A stretch of 63,840 bases of DNA, the filler included, from Phoronis australis (lineage: Eukaryota; Animalia; Phoronida), in NCBI GenBank assembly GCA_002633005.1. It is 9 parts of 9 records of this genome, joined end to end, with 100 filler letters (N's around TTAATTAATTAA, not from the genome) between each part and the next. Parts side by side here need not be neighbours in the genome. Positions count along the whole stretch, not along the records: positions 9,163 to 21,035 come from NMRA01000948.1; positions 21,136 to 23,953 come from NMRA01003408.1; 7 more parts are not named here. The stretch is one strand, 5' to 3'. Position numbers and translations under genes: made by a program. The notes beneath the pieces were generated by a model. The model searched no databases and was not told the DNA's origin. It worked only from the letters and a program-made list of their open reading frames with translations. Shown here piece by piece: positions 12,376 to 22,958 of the stretch. The first letter of the stretch is position 1; each line of letters begins with the position of its first letter.

Positions 12376-13460
12376 AATCGGCCCAGGACAGCAAAATGAC
12401 GTAAGGCAAAAAAGTCAGCGACGATGGGCCGGCACGGCTCCCGCTAGGCACTGACACAATTTTCCCAGCCGAAGCTGGGATTCACATTTCTTGAACATGA
12501 ATTAAGAACCGATTTGTCTGGACAACAGACCACATTAACACTTCCTTCACCAGTCATGCCAGTTTACAATTGAATTGTTGCATAAAGCACTACCTGTTGA
12601 GAATTCGACCAGCCAATCAGAAACGCTGGTGTAAAAAAATCAGTCAGTCCTGAGGAAAATTAAATGATACCAGCGTGCTCTCTACCACCTAAGTGTGACA
12701 TGGAGGAAACTAGCGAGAAGAAAAGCCTAGCTTCACTTCGTGTTCAATAGATGAAACGCATCAGACTGAAAACGACAAAGGTATATCAGTAAAACGAACT
12801 CTTGGACGTTGGCAACCAAATGACAGCTTTGAACTAGTCAGCTAGAGACGGCATGGGGTTCCTAGCTTTGAAATAACTTTATGCCAATTCAAGTTTTTGT
12901 TGCTAGTCTCAGGGAATGCCTGGTCTCCTCAAGTTGATCCCTGACCCAGGTCGACCCACTGACTGATGGAGGGATATAATCGGCTCAGTTACGACCGAAA
13001 AATGGATTTGGGCAATATCTTAACCTCACTCAGGGGCTTATGGGGCTAAAAAACAACAATATCCATTAAATGTTTGGGATTTTATCATAAATCGCTAATT
13101 CTCATCGTTATCTGCCAGACGTTGTTCGAATTACCAAAAAGCCGAGTGAGCACTGAGCCCATGCAGCTATGAAAATGGAAGTAAAAGTCTTTAAACACCG
13201 TGATTCGACTCTGATTACCGCAACACAAATCTGAGTTACAAGCATTGCTTGTACATGAGACAGTTTTCGAATTCGCGCCAATTTCAGCGTTGACGAGACA
13301 CTGGAAGCCGGTTTTTTAATCATCGCTGAAGCCTGACGGTTGATAGAATTCTTCTATCAGACCGATTTTCAGAAATTTAAACTTGGACTTTCGTTCATTC
13401 ATGGATAGCTTTTTTATGGGGAGCGAAATGCAACAAGAATATGCTTCACAAACATTGTTA

Positions 13461-13745
13461 GCCATGCGCGCTCCCAGCCTAAAATATAAGGGGGCTCGAT
13501 TTTTCGGTATGCGGACCTTTTACTGAAAGGAATTAACGCAAAGACTACAACGAAAAATGGGGACACCGGCTATAGATTCAGGCCCGAGAATTTTGTGCAT
13601 CCGCGTCGACTTCCCGTGGATTTTGTGGACTTTTGTCTCGTTTACTCGGACCTTTTGCCACTTAGGCGGACCTTTCTGCCCAATTCGCCAAATTGGGGAC
13701 TCTTTTAAAACCGGCCCCGAGCCCTCCGCCACGGGTGCGCCCATG
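13461..13745. repeat. Dispersed 'ggacctttt' repeat family, also at ~5010-5228 and ~6960-7050
   Basis: Shared cccagcctaaaat start, internal ggacctttt units and a gggtgcg(c/t)(c/g)catg end. Confidence 0.6.
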
Positions 13746-13959
13746 GTGTTAGTTCAGTGTGACCGCAGCAGCTAGGGGGTTTCAAATTCAACTTGGGGTC
13801 AAAAATCGGAACTTTCCGGGTATTCCTGTGAAGAATTATGTGCAAGCCGGCATAAATACAAATAAAAGTTAAATAACCTACCACTACTTTTTGATTAGTT
13901 TTCAGTGAAGCCAAGAATTATGAAAATGCTTGATGGTATCTTTTCAAGATACCCGGGAG

Positions 13960-14760
13960 CCAACAGATTGTCCAATTTCATGTCTTGTTCTTTCACAAAA
14001 TAAAATCTTTGACAAAGAAGAAGGCATTTTTTGCAATCTAAGACAATTACGGCATGTTATCCTAAAAGTCAGTCGTATTCGAAGTATTTTGTTTGATTGT
14101 TTGGTGACACTAAGCGAAATTAATCTCAGTCACAATGAATTAGTATTTTTAGACTACCAATTGTTTGCAAGAATGCCGAATTTAGGAAAATAACAGAATC
14201 CAGATTGTTTCTGCTGGGTTTGGTTCAAATGTCTTCTACTTGAGTGGAAATCCATTCCATTATAATTGTGAGTTGAAAGAGTTTCAAGAAAAAGTTAACA
14301 GTGTTCCCAATTACCACAATTAGTAGATTTGTAGATTGCAAAATTGCTTTCGAAAAAAAGTTTCCCTAATGACACTTATTGTTAAAACACTTTTGTGAAA
14401 AACCATCCCAGCCTAGTCTGCAAATTAGAGTTCATCACGGAGCTTGAATGCACTGCCACCGGTTACCCAGCGCCTGTGTTCATGATCACCACTCCGTCAA
14501 AAGAACTCATTGATTCCAATCGTCACAAAATCGCTCCATGTTCTTGAACAGCGGATCTATCTGTTTTTAAAGCGATCGGTAGTTGTTTCTGGTAGACTAC
14601 AGCTGCAAAGCGGTAAATTGGAGGGGTTCAAGTTCTGTTCCCACTCCATTGCCATGTACGTGGAGCCGAATAAACAAATTGGCGGCCATAACTCTATTCA
14701 TGACAATTTTGTTCACAGTCGTCGGCTGAGTCGCACTCTTGTCACCTTAACATGTGCTTA
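13960..14760 (+). pseudogene. Decayed intronless LRR-LRRCT-Ig-TM (LIG-type) gene
   Basis: In order: LRRs (LVLSQNKI, LSEINLSHNELVFL), LRRCT (LSGNPFHYNCEL), Ig strands (LECTATGYPAP; DYSCKAVNWRG) and a hydrophobic tail (LAAITLFMTILFTVVG). Broken by stops and frameshifts. Confidence 0.75.
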
Positions 14761-17700
14761 GCAACTAGGAACGACTTGTGTAGATGCATGACTATTTGTA
14801 TTATGAATGGCTAAATAAACAATCTATGTATCTAATATATAAAAATTCGTCATGATCTGGAAAACTACGAAGAAAAAGCAAAATACTAGAATAACATAGC
14901 ATATTTACACGTATATATATAAATCTGCGTATTCATCAGAATATACTGATATATAAGTAATATTTTTGACGCCCAGGTGTAATGTCAACCAATTGAGCCC
15001 TTTCTTATAGGCGTATCCGGGGGGGGGGTCAAGGAAGTCCGGAACCCCCCTTTCCCTTGATTTTTTTAACATCATATCTAGAATTTTCAAATTGTTGAAT
15101 TGGACCCCCTTTTTAAAAAATCTTTGATCCGACTCCCTGTTTCAAAGAAATCCTCGATCTACTCCTGTTTCTGGTCCTAACGCTGCATCATTGTACATTA
15201 TATTTTTTCGTAAAAACATTAGAAGAACTTGCAGACTACTGCTGCTTGCGCCGACACGACGCTTATACGCCATCGTGTATGAACTTCAACTATTAGAATC
15301 CACAACTTTACAACGTAACCAAAGTCGGTTACAGACGACAGAGCGCCTGAACACGAAGTGGAAAACCATAGACTATGGTGGAACCAGTTATAATGTTGCC
15401 GTGCTTAGCCTGGCTTCCGTATTCCATAAAAAACATCAAAAGAATTTACGTCATGAGAATATAAACGGCCACCAACTGTTGCGTGGTATAATCTCGGTAA
15501 GAAAATGATAATTTTGACAAGTCAAAAAATCCATTTTTCTGATATAACCATGGCAACTACGTCGGACTTGTGGTGTTAAATCCAGTCATAATTCTATTGA
15601 AATTCGTTGAAACATTTGTGCCAAAGTTTCGAACTTACCGTAGAACGCAATAAACTACCGACGACGCTGATATATGGTATACACTAAACATGTGGTTATG
15701 ACATCAATGAAAGAAATCAGCAGGAAGAAAAAAGCGCACTCCGCACCTTGGCAGGCCCATCCACTCAGCAAAAATATTTAGTTGCCAATGAAAGCTTATT
15801 CCCCAACGACACTCTTTCAGAAATTTCCACAAAATAATATAATCACGATTGTTTGAGTTCAAATGTCACAATTGAATGACACAGAATTTCACATTTATGA
15901 ACAGAATGATAATAAATACAACCAGGGCTTGGATAAATTAACCAAAAATGTAGCTGCATATGACCCAGTTTCGACTCTGAGATGTCTACATGATTCGCTT
16001 TGATATTTAACAACAGATGAAAATTGTTTCAAAATCGGAGAAGTATCCCTGAAGATGCGTACGATGTTGAAAACCATAATTATTTGCCTGTGTTCACATT
16101 TCAAAAATCCTAATTCAAGTTGAAAAACAGAATTGTCTGACCACAGATCCAGAATCTAGTCAATGTCTACAGAGTGCGGCATCTAAGCCCGTTTTCTGTC
16201 CATGTAGGGAGATTTTGAGACCACTATTTAACACGACAATTAGTTGGTATGGACTTCTTCTCAGTAGATGAGAAGTACTTTTCTGGTTTCAGTTATTGGA
16301 GACTATGCTCGGCGCACAAAATGACACTCCACGTTAAACTCACGGAAGAGCCTGACTCGGATCTCAAGCGACAGCAATCTGCCAATTCTTTCATTTCCGT
16401 GTTGACAATGGAACAATTTGAGACTAAATTCATAACGGTATGCATGAATAGGACTATAAACAAAGCGTTATTTTTGTGATGAAAAATTCCGCACACGACG
16501 CTGAGTATGACTGCAAAATAAGCACCGCATATCGTTAGTGTTAAAGGCCTATGGTCCGAGTTATAGAAGAAAAAAACCTCTTAACGCCGTTTAAGCCGGT
16601 TTTTTGGTGTGACATGGNATCGTCGATGACCCGCACACGCACGCTCACTCACTCTCATACGCAGACGACCTTCAAAACAAACGTCACGTGACAATAACAT
16701 GTGTGTCCATTCTCGTGTTGTGGAGTACGATGTAGCGCACATTTGGACTTAATCGCAATTAATCTGGACTCCACATGAACTTTAAAAATTGTAAAACATC
16801 AGGAAGATTTCAGGTAATTTGTTGAGTCGAAAGTATATTTTTATTCAAGAGTACAAGTTTTCCTATTGACGATCGCGATTCAGCGACGCATCAGTCAGCA
16901 AGTTTTCGCCCTGTGATGAGCACAATTTTTTGAAAAATTATCGTAATTTAATAACGGAAGTTGATAGCAATGCACCACAATTTTGTAGACAGGCTGTCAT
17001 AGGCTACAAATACGTCACAGAGCGTAAATTTTACGAATCCTAGCTTCCGATTTTAGCCGTTTGGGAAACCGGGTTTCAACTGCCGTAGGCTCACTACAAT
17101 AAGCGTACCCTCCCCGTGAAATGAATTTTTCTAAGCGTTTGTTTGAGCCAATACAGTATACAGCTTTCCACCAAGGCTAGGTAANAAACCGGGTTTCAAC
17201 TGCCGTAGGCTCACTACAATAAGCGTCCCCTCCCCGTGAAATGAATTTTTCTAAGCGTTTGCTTGAGCCAATACAGTATACAGCTTTCCACCAAGGCTAG
17301 GTAATGCAAGACATTATTCTTTGTTTCGTTATAGTAACTGGTCTTGGCTAATTATCATTTTATGGCCTGGTCATCCATTCAGCCAAAAGTATTTCCAGAG
17401 GTGGCTTACCAGCCAATTATTCACGCATGCTGACTCACAATAGAAGCCTGATAAGAGTGAAGGTGGATAAATGCGGTGTTCCTACAGTTTCTTGTTTTAG
17501 TGGTTGTGTTCACGACATGCGCGAGGAAAGCGAGTATATCGTGTTTTTTTACTTCCTCGAGAGTCCGAAATGCTCATGGTAGTGAAAAATGAAATGTACG
17601 CTGTAAATAGCAAGTATGAGGCCGTAAAACATCTCCGTGTCTGTGGCCTGCAGACGACGTCGACAGTGCCTCACGAATGCCGGTTTACCAATTAACTCCA

Positions 17701-18169
17701 TACGTTCCGTTTTCTGAGCTTGTTCACGGCGCCTCTCTAGTATTTCTGAGCCAAAGTAATGTGCACGTGATAATGTTGGTGAATTAGCCACGAAACAGCA
17801 AATCTACTTACTCGTCGGGGCCGCGAATTCACTCGGGTTCCGCTTTGGCCACAGCACCTTCAGGGCAGAAGTTGTACATTGACAATCATTATTTGAGTAA
17901 TGTAAACGTAAATAAAGATTCCCTTAACACTTAGCCGTGGGATGGAAATCGAGTTGTTTCACAACAATTTCTACCAGCAAACACTAAATTAGCATGAGCT
18001 CACACGGCCTCGGTGTCCCCTCAATTAGTTTTATTGCACCTAAAGCCGGTAACGCAGTGATTTATTCATTGCTGCCTTCTCAAATCATTTGCACTCACGA
18101 ACACTCCAAAGGCATTACAAATTGCATCTAATGAGACAGACGCCCATTTCAAGCACGTGTACCTATGAC

Positions 18170-18211
18170 TATAAATTGCAAGATACTCTACACGTGGGTA
18201 CCATTTTCGAA
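18170..18211 (+). promoter_or_regulatory. Core promoter of Merlin transposase: TATA box and putative cap site
   Basis: TATAAAT at 18170-18176, CCATTT at 18201-18206 (~31 nt downstream), ATG at 18212. Confidence 0.55.
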
Positions 18212-19114
18212 ATGTCTCTTGCTGAAATAGTCGAGTACACGCGTGACGAAGACGCAGCGCTTCAGTTTTTGAGAGCTCACAACGCCATCAGACGCCAGCC
18301 ACCCCAGTGTGGGGTGTGCCCTCGTTTGATGACCGAGGTGCGTGGTGGCTCAGGAGGAGGTGGGAAGATCTGGCGCTGCCCGAGGCACAAGGCTCAGAAG
18401 GTGTCACTGCGAGACGACTCCTTCTGGTCCAAGTCCAGGTTGACACTGCAGCTATTGGTACAGCTTGTCTGGGCTTGGGCGTTCAAGCAACCGATAGCGC
18501 TTGCGGAGGAGATGCTGGGAATAGACCGGACAGTGATAATGACTTGGTACGGCTACCTCCGAGACGCATGCTCCACACAACTCGTGAACAACCCTATACG
18601 GATTGGCGGCCCCGGAGTCATCGTGCAAATTGATGAGTCGTTGATGGCCAGAAGAAAGAACAACGTAGGCCATGTGGTTCAGCAACGATGGGTGTTTGGA
18701 GGATACTGCCCCGCACAGAACGTTGAATTTCTGCAGTTTGTGCCGAACAGGAACGCCAATACACTTCTCCCCATCATACAACAGTTCATCTTGCCCGGCT
18801 CCATCATTCACAGCGACATGTGGGCTGCCTACAACGGTATTGCCAACCTCCCCGTTGTTCCGCCGTACACCCACCAGACGGTCAACCATACCATGAACTT
18901 CGTTGATCCACAGACTGGCGCACACACCAACCATGTGGAGTGTTACTGGAAGAACGCGAAGATGAGGTTTAAGAGCATGTGTGGTGTCCTCCCTGACATG
19001 TTGGGTGCGCATCTAGACGAGTTCATGTGGCGAGAACGTTACGCGGGCAACAGCGGTCGACAGGCGTTTTTCACGATAGTCGACCACATAGCACTGTGGT
19101 ACCCCACTCCTTGA
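18212..19114 (+). CDS. Merlin-superfamily (IS1595/ISXO2-like DDE) transposase, 300 aa, intact and intronless
   Basis: Zn-ribbon CGVC...CPRH, then GGPGVIVQIDES (D1), WVFGG, ILPGSIIHSDMWAAY (D2), VNH..NFVDP.TGAHTNHVECYW (E) and HLDEFMWR. First ATG after the TATA box is 18212 (the track's start at 18089 is TTG). Confidence 0.93.
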   Translation: MSLAEIVEYTRDEDAALQFLRAHNAIRRQPPQCGVCPRLMTEVRGGSGGGGKIWRCPRHKAQKVSLRDDSFWSKSRLTLQLLVQLVWAWAFKQPIALAEEMLGIDRTVIMTWYGYLRDACSTQLVNNPIRIGGPGVIVQIDESLMARRKNNVGHVVQQRWVFGGYCPAQNVEFLQFVPNRNANTLLPIIQQFILPGSIIHSDMWAAYNGIANLPVVPPYTHQTVNHTMNFVDPQTGAHTNHVECYWKNAKMRFKSMCGVLPDMLGAHLDEFMWRERYAGNSGRQAFFTIVDHIALWYPTP

Positions 19115-19125
19115 GTACCATAAAC

Positions 19126-19151
19126 CCAACGGCCCTTTTAAGGGCCACTCA
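19126..19151 (+). terminator. Histone-type 3' stem-loop (SLBP-binding consensus) ending the transposase gene
   Basis: CCAAC-GGCCCT-TTTA-AGGGCC-ACTCA. The 6-bp stem/4-nt loop lies at 19131-19146, 16 nt after the TGA. Confidence 0.8.
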
Positions 19152-19869
19152 TTACTTCCCAATTGGGCTGTTTCACTTGAAATTTTCTACAACGGTAGGC
19201 CTACAAGGCGCGCCTTATACTTAACAAAATCAAAATTTTTGCACAATTACTATTTTATAATAAATTGTATATCATTACTAGGCCTACAGTGTAATTGGTA
19301 CAATGGTATCACAAGAATCTATTATATAAAATGCATCGTTTGCACAAACTCCGTTTCCCTCGCTCCACTACAAACCTTCGTTAAGCGCGTTTCGGCACCG
19401 CCTTGGTCCCAGGTATTGCACCGGCCCCCTATTTGGATTCGAGGTGTTCTATTTTTTTCTCGCGGGACGTTTTTTCGAGGACGCGGAGGGAGGGTGGTCA
19501 GTTTCATACTGGCCTTGGTGACGTCAGTCGGTCGTCTCAAAAGGCCTGGTTGACGTCACTCCGTCGGCTTAATTTCACTCCCTCCGGCTTCTAATTCATC
19601 GGGCCTTTCGTCGCCAAAATTAATGATGCCTCATTAAAAAATTTTTTACTCTTCCTTGAGTAAACTAAATTATTTACCCGGATGTTGAAAAAGAGGCGTT
19701 CTTCAGTTATTCTGCTGCTAAAATTCAGATGCGTTCTTTGGGCGCCATTGCGTCGCCTATGGAGCCAATTTGCATATTCTTCAATCAACTGTGGAGGTTC
19801 CGTACATGTCATAACAATCGGAAGTGGTTTCATTTCGTTACAAGTTTTTACTATTTTAATACCAAAAAA

Positions 19870-20009
19870 AAACCAGCTGCAGGTCGCATTTGCGACCTGA
19901 AATTTGGAAATGCGAGATGAGATTTTTGTCAGCTCGTATAAAGTCGCAAAATGCGACCTGGAATTTCCAACGAATGCGAGCTGAGTTTTTACACTTCTCG
20001 GCAGATACC
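19870..20009. repeat. Palindromic/duplicated block, candidate Merlin right subterminal region
   Basis: Perfect IR CAGGTCGCA-TT-TGCGACCTG (19880-19899), a degenerate second copy near 19943-19990, ending ...cggcagatacc. Confidence 0.45.
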
Positions 20010-21306
20010 TGGCAAATATAAAGCAGCTATTGTTAATCCGACCATTACTTGGTTGTTGCCAAATCCAAGTTCAAAAGACCACTAACTGAGAACAGCCCTC
20101 CCGATGACTTGTTAGCAAGTCGCGTGACCATGGGATATGCAGAATCGATCATTGGTGCGTTTCATTGGCTAACATTTTCGGCCACTTATGCAAATTTCCG
20201 GATTTGTCGAAGAAAGTTTCGGGCCACATAACACGTGATAAAACCTCACAAAACAGTGGTGTTTCTATTAAATCTTAAGCGATCAACTTATCAAACTTTG
20301 TGGACAAATACGTTTGTTTTTCGCTTAAGATGTCCTCATTACCTTTACCAAATATCCACGACAATATCCCTNCAAAGCTGTATAATATACAGTCATCATA
20401 CAGCTAGCTGGCTGGCTACAATTCGATCAGCTGTTCAGTTTTTGTTCTTATACTACTAGTACTAGTAGTAGTACTGATTCACGCTGACCCGGACTAGTTA
20501 CACCATGTTAGTGTTTTAACATGTAGTTAAAACTGGTAAGGCCCTTTCATTCTAACGTCGACATGGTGATGTTTTGGGGAGTTGCAGTCAGTATGGATGG
20601 TTAACTACGGTCCAGAATCGAAGTTAACTGTGCCAGTTGACTTCACAGTAGACAAGCGGAGCGTCGATGCTGTGGTGTACGGTAGTATGAATGATTAACT
20701 TCGGTTACATCAAAGAAGTTATTGTCAGGGGCCACTGCTATCATCGACAATTACAGGGTAATGTCGTCGCTAAAAGCTGCTCATATTTTGCTTGAGTAGT
20801 CACTAATCGAATTAGAAATAGGTTTTTGTGTCCATTAGCACATGTCAATGTTCCCAAATTATCACATTAAAAAATCCTGGTGTACAAGTGTTGCATCTGC
20901 ACTACGTTGCTATTACTTCGATGACAACATCATCAGCTACAGTATACTTAGACATCCAGAGCCGGTAAAAACAGTTCGATTAACTTTCCAGTTTATGTCG
21001 ACACTCTGCTCAGACCGAAATTAAGTACAAAAGGGNNNNNNNNNNNNNNNNNNNNNNNNNNNNNNNNNNNNNNNNNNNNTTAATTAATTAANNNNNNNNN
21101 NNNNNNNNNNNNNNNNNNNNNNNNNNNNNNNNNNNAGTTGAACAATTTTTATTCATTTCACTTTGAAATGCTCTATTTTTTGGTCATGTAATGTAACGTA
21201 TCATTCTTTTCATATTGATTTTTTTAAGCGTAATGCCCACTTGATACAGACTTTCAAAACCATGACTTTTTCATTTTAACTGATTTTTAATGTGTCCTTT
21301 GGACAG

Positions 21307-21432
21307 GCTGCTGAAAAGGAGGCTGACCTGGCTGGACAAAAGAAGCAACAGAAGCAAGTAAAGAAGACAGGCAGGGAAGTGACTCCTGGGCAGAGTAGCT
21401 GCCAGTCAAGCCAGTCTCAGGGCAAACGGAAG
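21307..21432 (+). CDS. SART3: SART3 (p110/Prp24) internal exon (AAEKEADLAGQKKQQKQ...GKRK)
   Basis: cag|GCT...AAG|gtgggt, 126 nt, phase 0. AAEKEA plus a basic stretch matches the SART3 post-HAT linker. Confidence 0.8.
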
Positions 21433-22259
21433 GTGGGTAATGATGCTTATGATGATGATGGTGACAATAGTAGTAATACCATTTATAGCATTTGTCAGAT
21501 CACATGTTTTCAGCGTCATTTCCTTGGGTCAGCAATGACGTTAGAGTTAAATCTCACTTTACCGCACTTCCTCCCTGTGGTGCTTTTTAAAGCCGATCTT
21601 TCCAGGGATTATTATTTCATCTGCTGCATAGTACCATATAATTTGTGTCATTGTAAATTACCTTGATTTCGCCATATTCAGTCTCCTTGCCTCTCTGAAA
21701 CCTTAGCTTGTGGCGTGTCTGTTTATCGTTGGGACATATGTCAAACGTAAACAGTAAGACTTTATTTATAAAGTAGGTAACCTGTTTGCCTTGTGGTCTT
21801 TAAGATCCTTCTCATTGACAGTGTTCTTTCTTCACAAACTGCAGTTTTTTCAGTCTGAGAGGAGACATTAGCTGCACGTGCTTGATACTATGTAGCAAGT
21901 GCTTCATCAAAGGTATCAAATCTGTGTGTAGACTTCAACTCGGCACTTCTGTGGTTCATGAGAAAACAAATGGATTTATCTTACAGATAGAGTTGCTGTA
22001 CATGACAACAGAAATACAGCTTGTGAAAAAAGGATTGTTCATTAAATGAGAAAATAATTCTGTTAAATAAATGAGAATGCTCCTTTGGTATATGAGGGTG
22101 GAAGGTTGTCTTGCATTGTGATCTTGTTGCCAACCTTCCATTGACCTTAACACTGACCTTCCACTGACCTTGACACCGACCTTCCATTAACATGGTTACC
22201 AACCTCCTATTGGCCTTGTTACTGACCTTCCAATAGACCTTGCCTGTTTTCACTTACAG

Positions 22260-22365
22260 CATGACCAGATTCAATCAGACAGTACCTTTAAAGTGCCTCA
22301 ATTTCCAAGCAAGTCTAGCCAGAAAGAGGAGGTGATTGAGCCTGCTGTCAAACGTCTAAAGCAAG
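22260..22365 (+). CDS. SART3: SART3 internal exon (HDQIQSDSTFKVPQFP...EPAVKRLKQ)
   Basis: ttttcacttacag|...G|gtctgt, 106 nt. Phases link the flanking exons in frame. Confidence 0.75.
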
Positions 22366-22687
22366 GTCTGTATTTGCTTGCGACATCTATCTGTTGAAAA
22401 GTGCTATAAAGCTGAATTCTCTCAAGAAATAAACATTTGATTGAACTCCTTTATTCAGACTAGAAATGATTTTTGGTGCTGGGAAAAATTGATCTTTCGT
22501 CATTGCTGAAAACTATGGAATGAGCTGCCGAGACATTTGTTTGCTGAAATAAAGACTTGGAACCATTTTTTTCAACTCTACTTCATCGACTAACATTTTA
22601 TTTTGAAGCACCAATGAGGTTCGTGACTTAGCACATGGAGATCACTTTTATTGATTTGTTTTGTTTATTTTTTGATGCTAAATGCTG

Positions 22688-22835
22688 GAGTATGTAAATG
22701 AGTATGTAAATGAGTATGTAAATGAGTATGTAAATGAGTATGTAAATGAGTATGTAAATGAGTATGTAAATGAGTATATGTTAATGAGTATATGTAAATG
22801 AGTATGTAAATAAGTATGTAAATGAGTATGTAAAT
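22688..22835 (+). repeat. 12-bp minisatellite (GAGTATGTAAAT), about 12 copies, in SART3 intron
   Basis: Direct tandem units ending 10 nt before the exon at 22846. Confidence 0.95.
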
Positions 22836-22845
22836 TTCATTTCAG

Positions 22846-22958
22846 ACATGCCTGGGGTAGAATTTAAACATGATCCCAGTAAATCTGACCAGACTGTGTT
22901 TGTTAGTAACCTCTCCTTTAACTTGGAGGAGGACAGAATTAAGGAAATGTTCTCAAAG
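22846..22958 (+). CDS. SART3: SART3 exon entering RRM1 (DMPGVEFKHDPSKSDQTVFVSNLSFNLEEDRIKEMFSK)
   Basis: tttcag|...AAG|gtaaac. Matches SART3 'DMP...HD.SK...TVFVSNL' (RNP2). Confidence 0.88.

Noticed and set aside
17066-17304. 119-bp tandem duplication
   Set aside because: Separated by a single N at 17185, and the paralog at 9163-9546 has one copy. Likely an assembly artefact.
18307-19012. Overlapping ORFs of 108, 186 and 74 aa in other frames
   Set aside because: Shadows of the GC-richer transposase CDS with no recognisable motifs.
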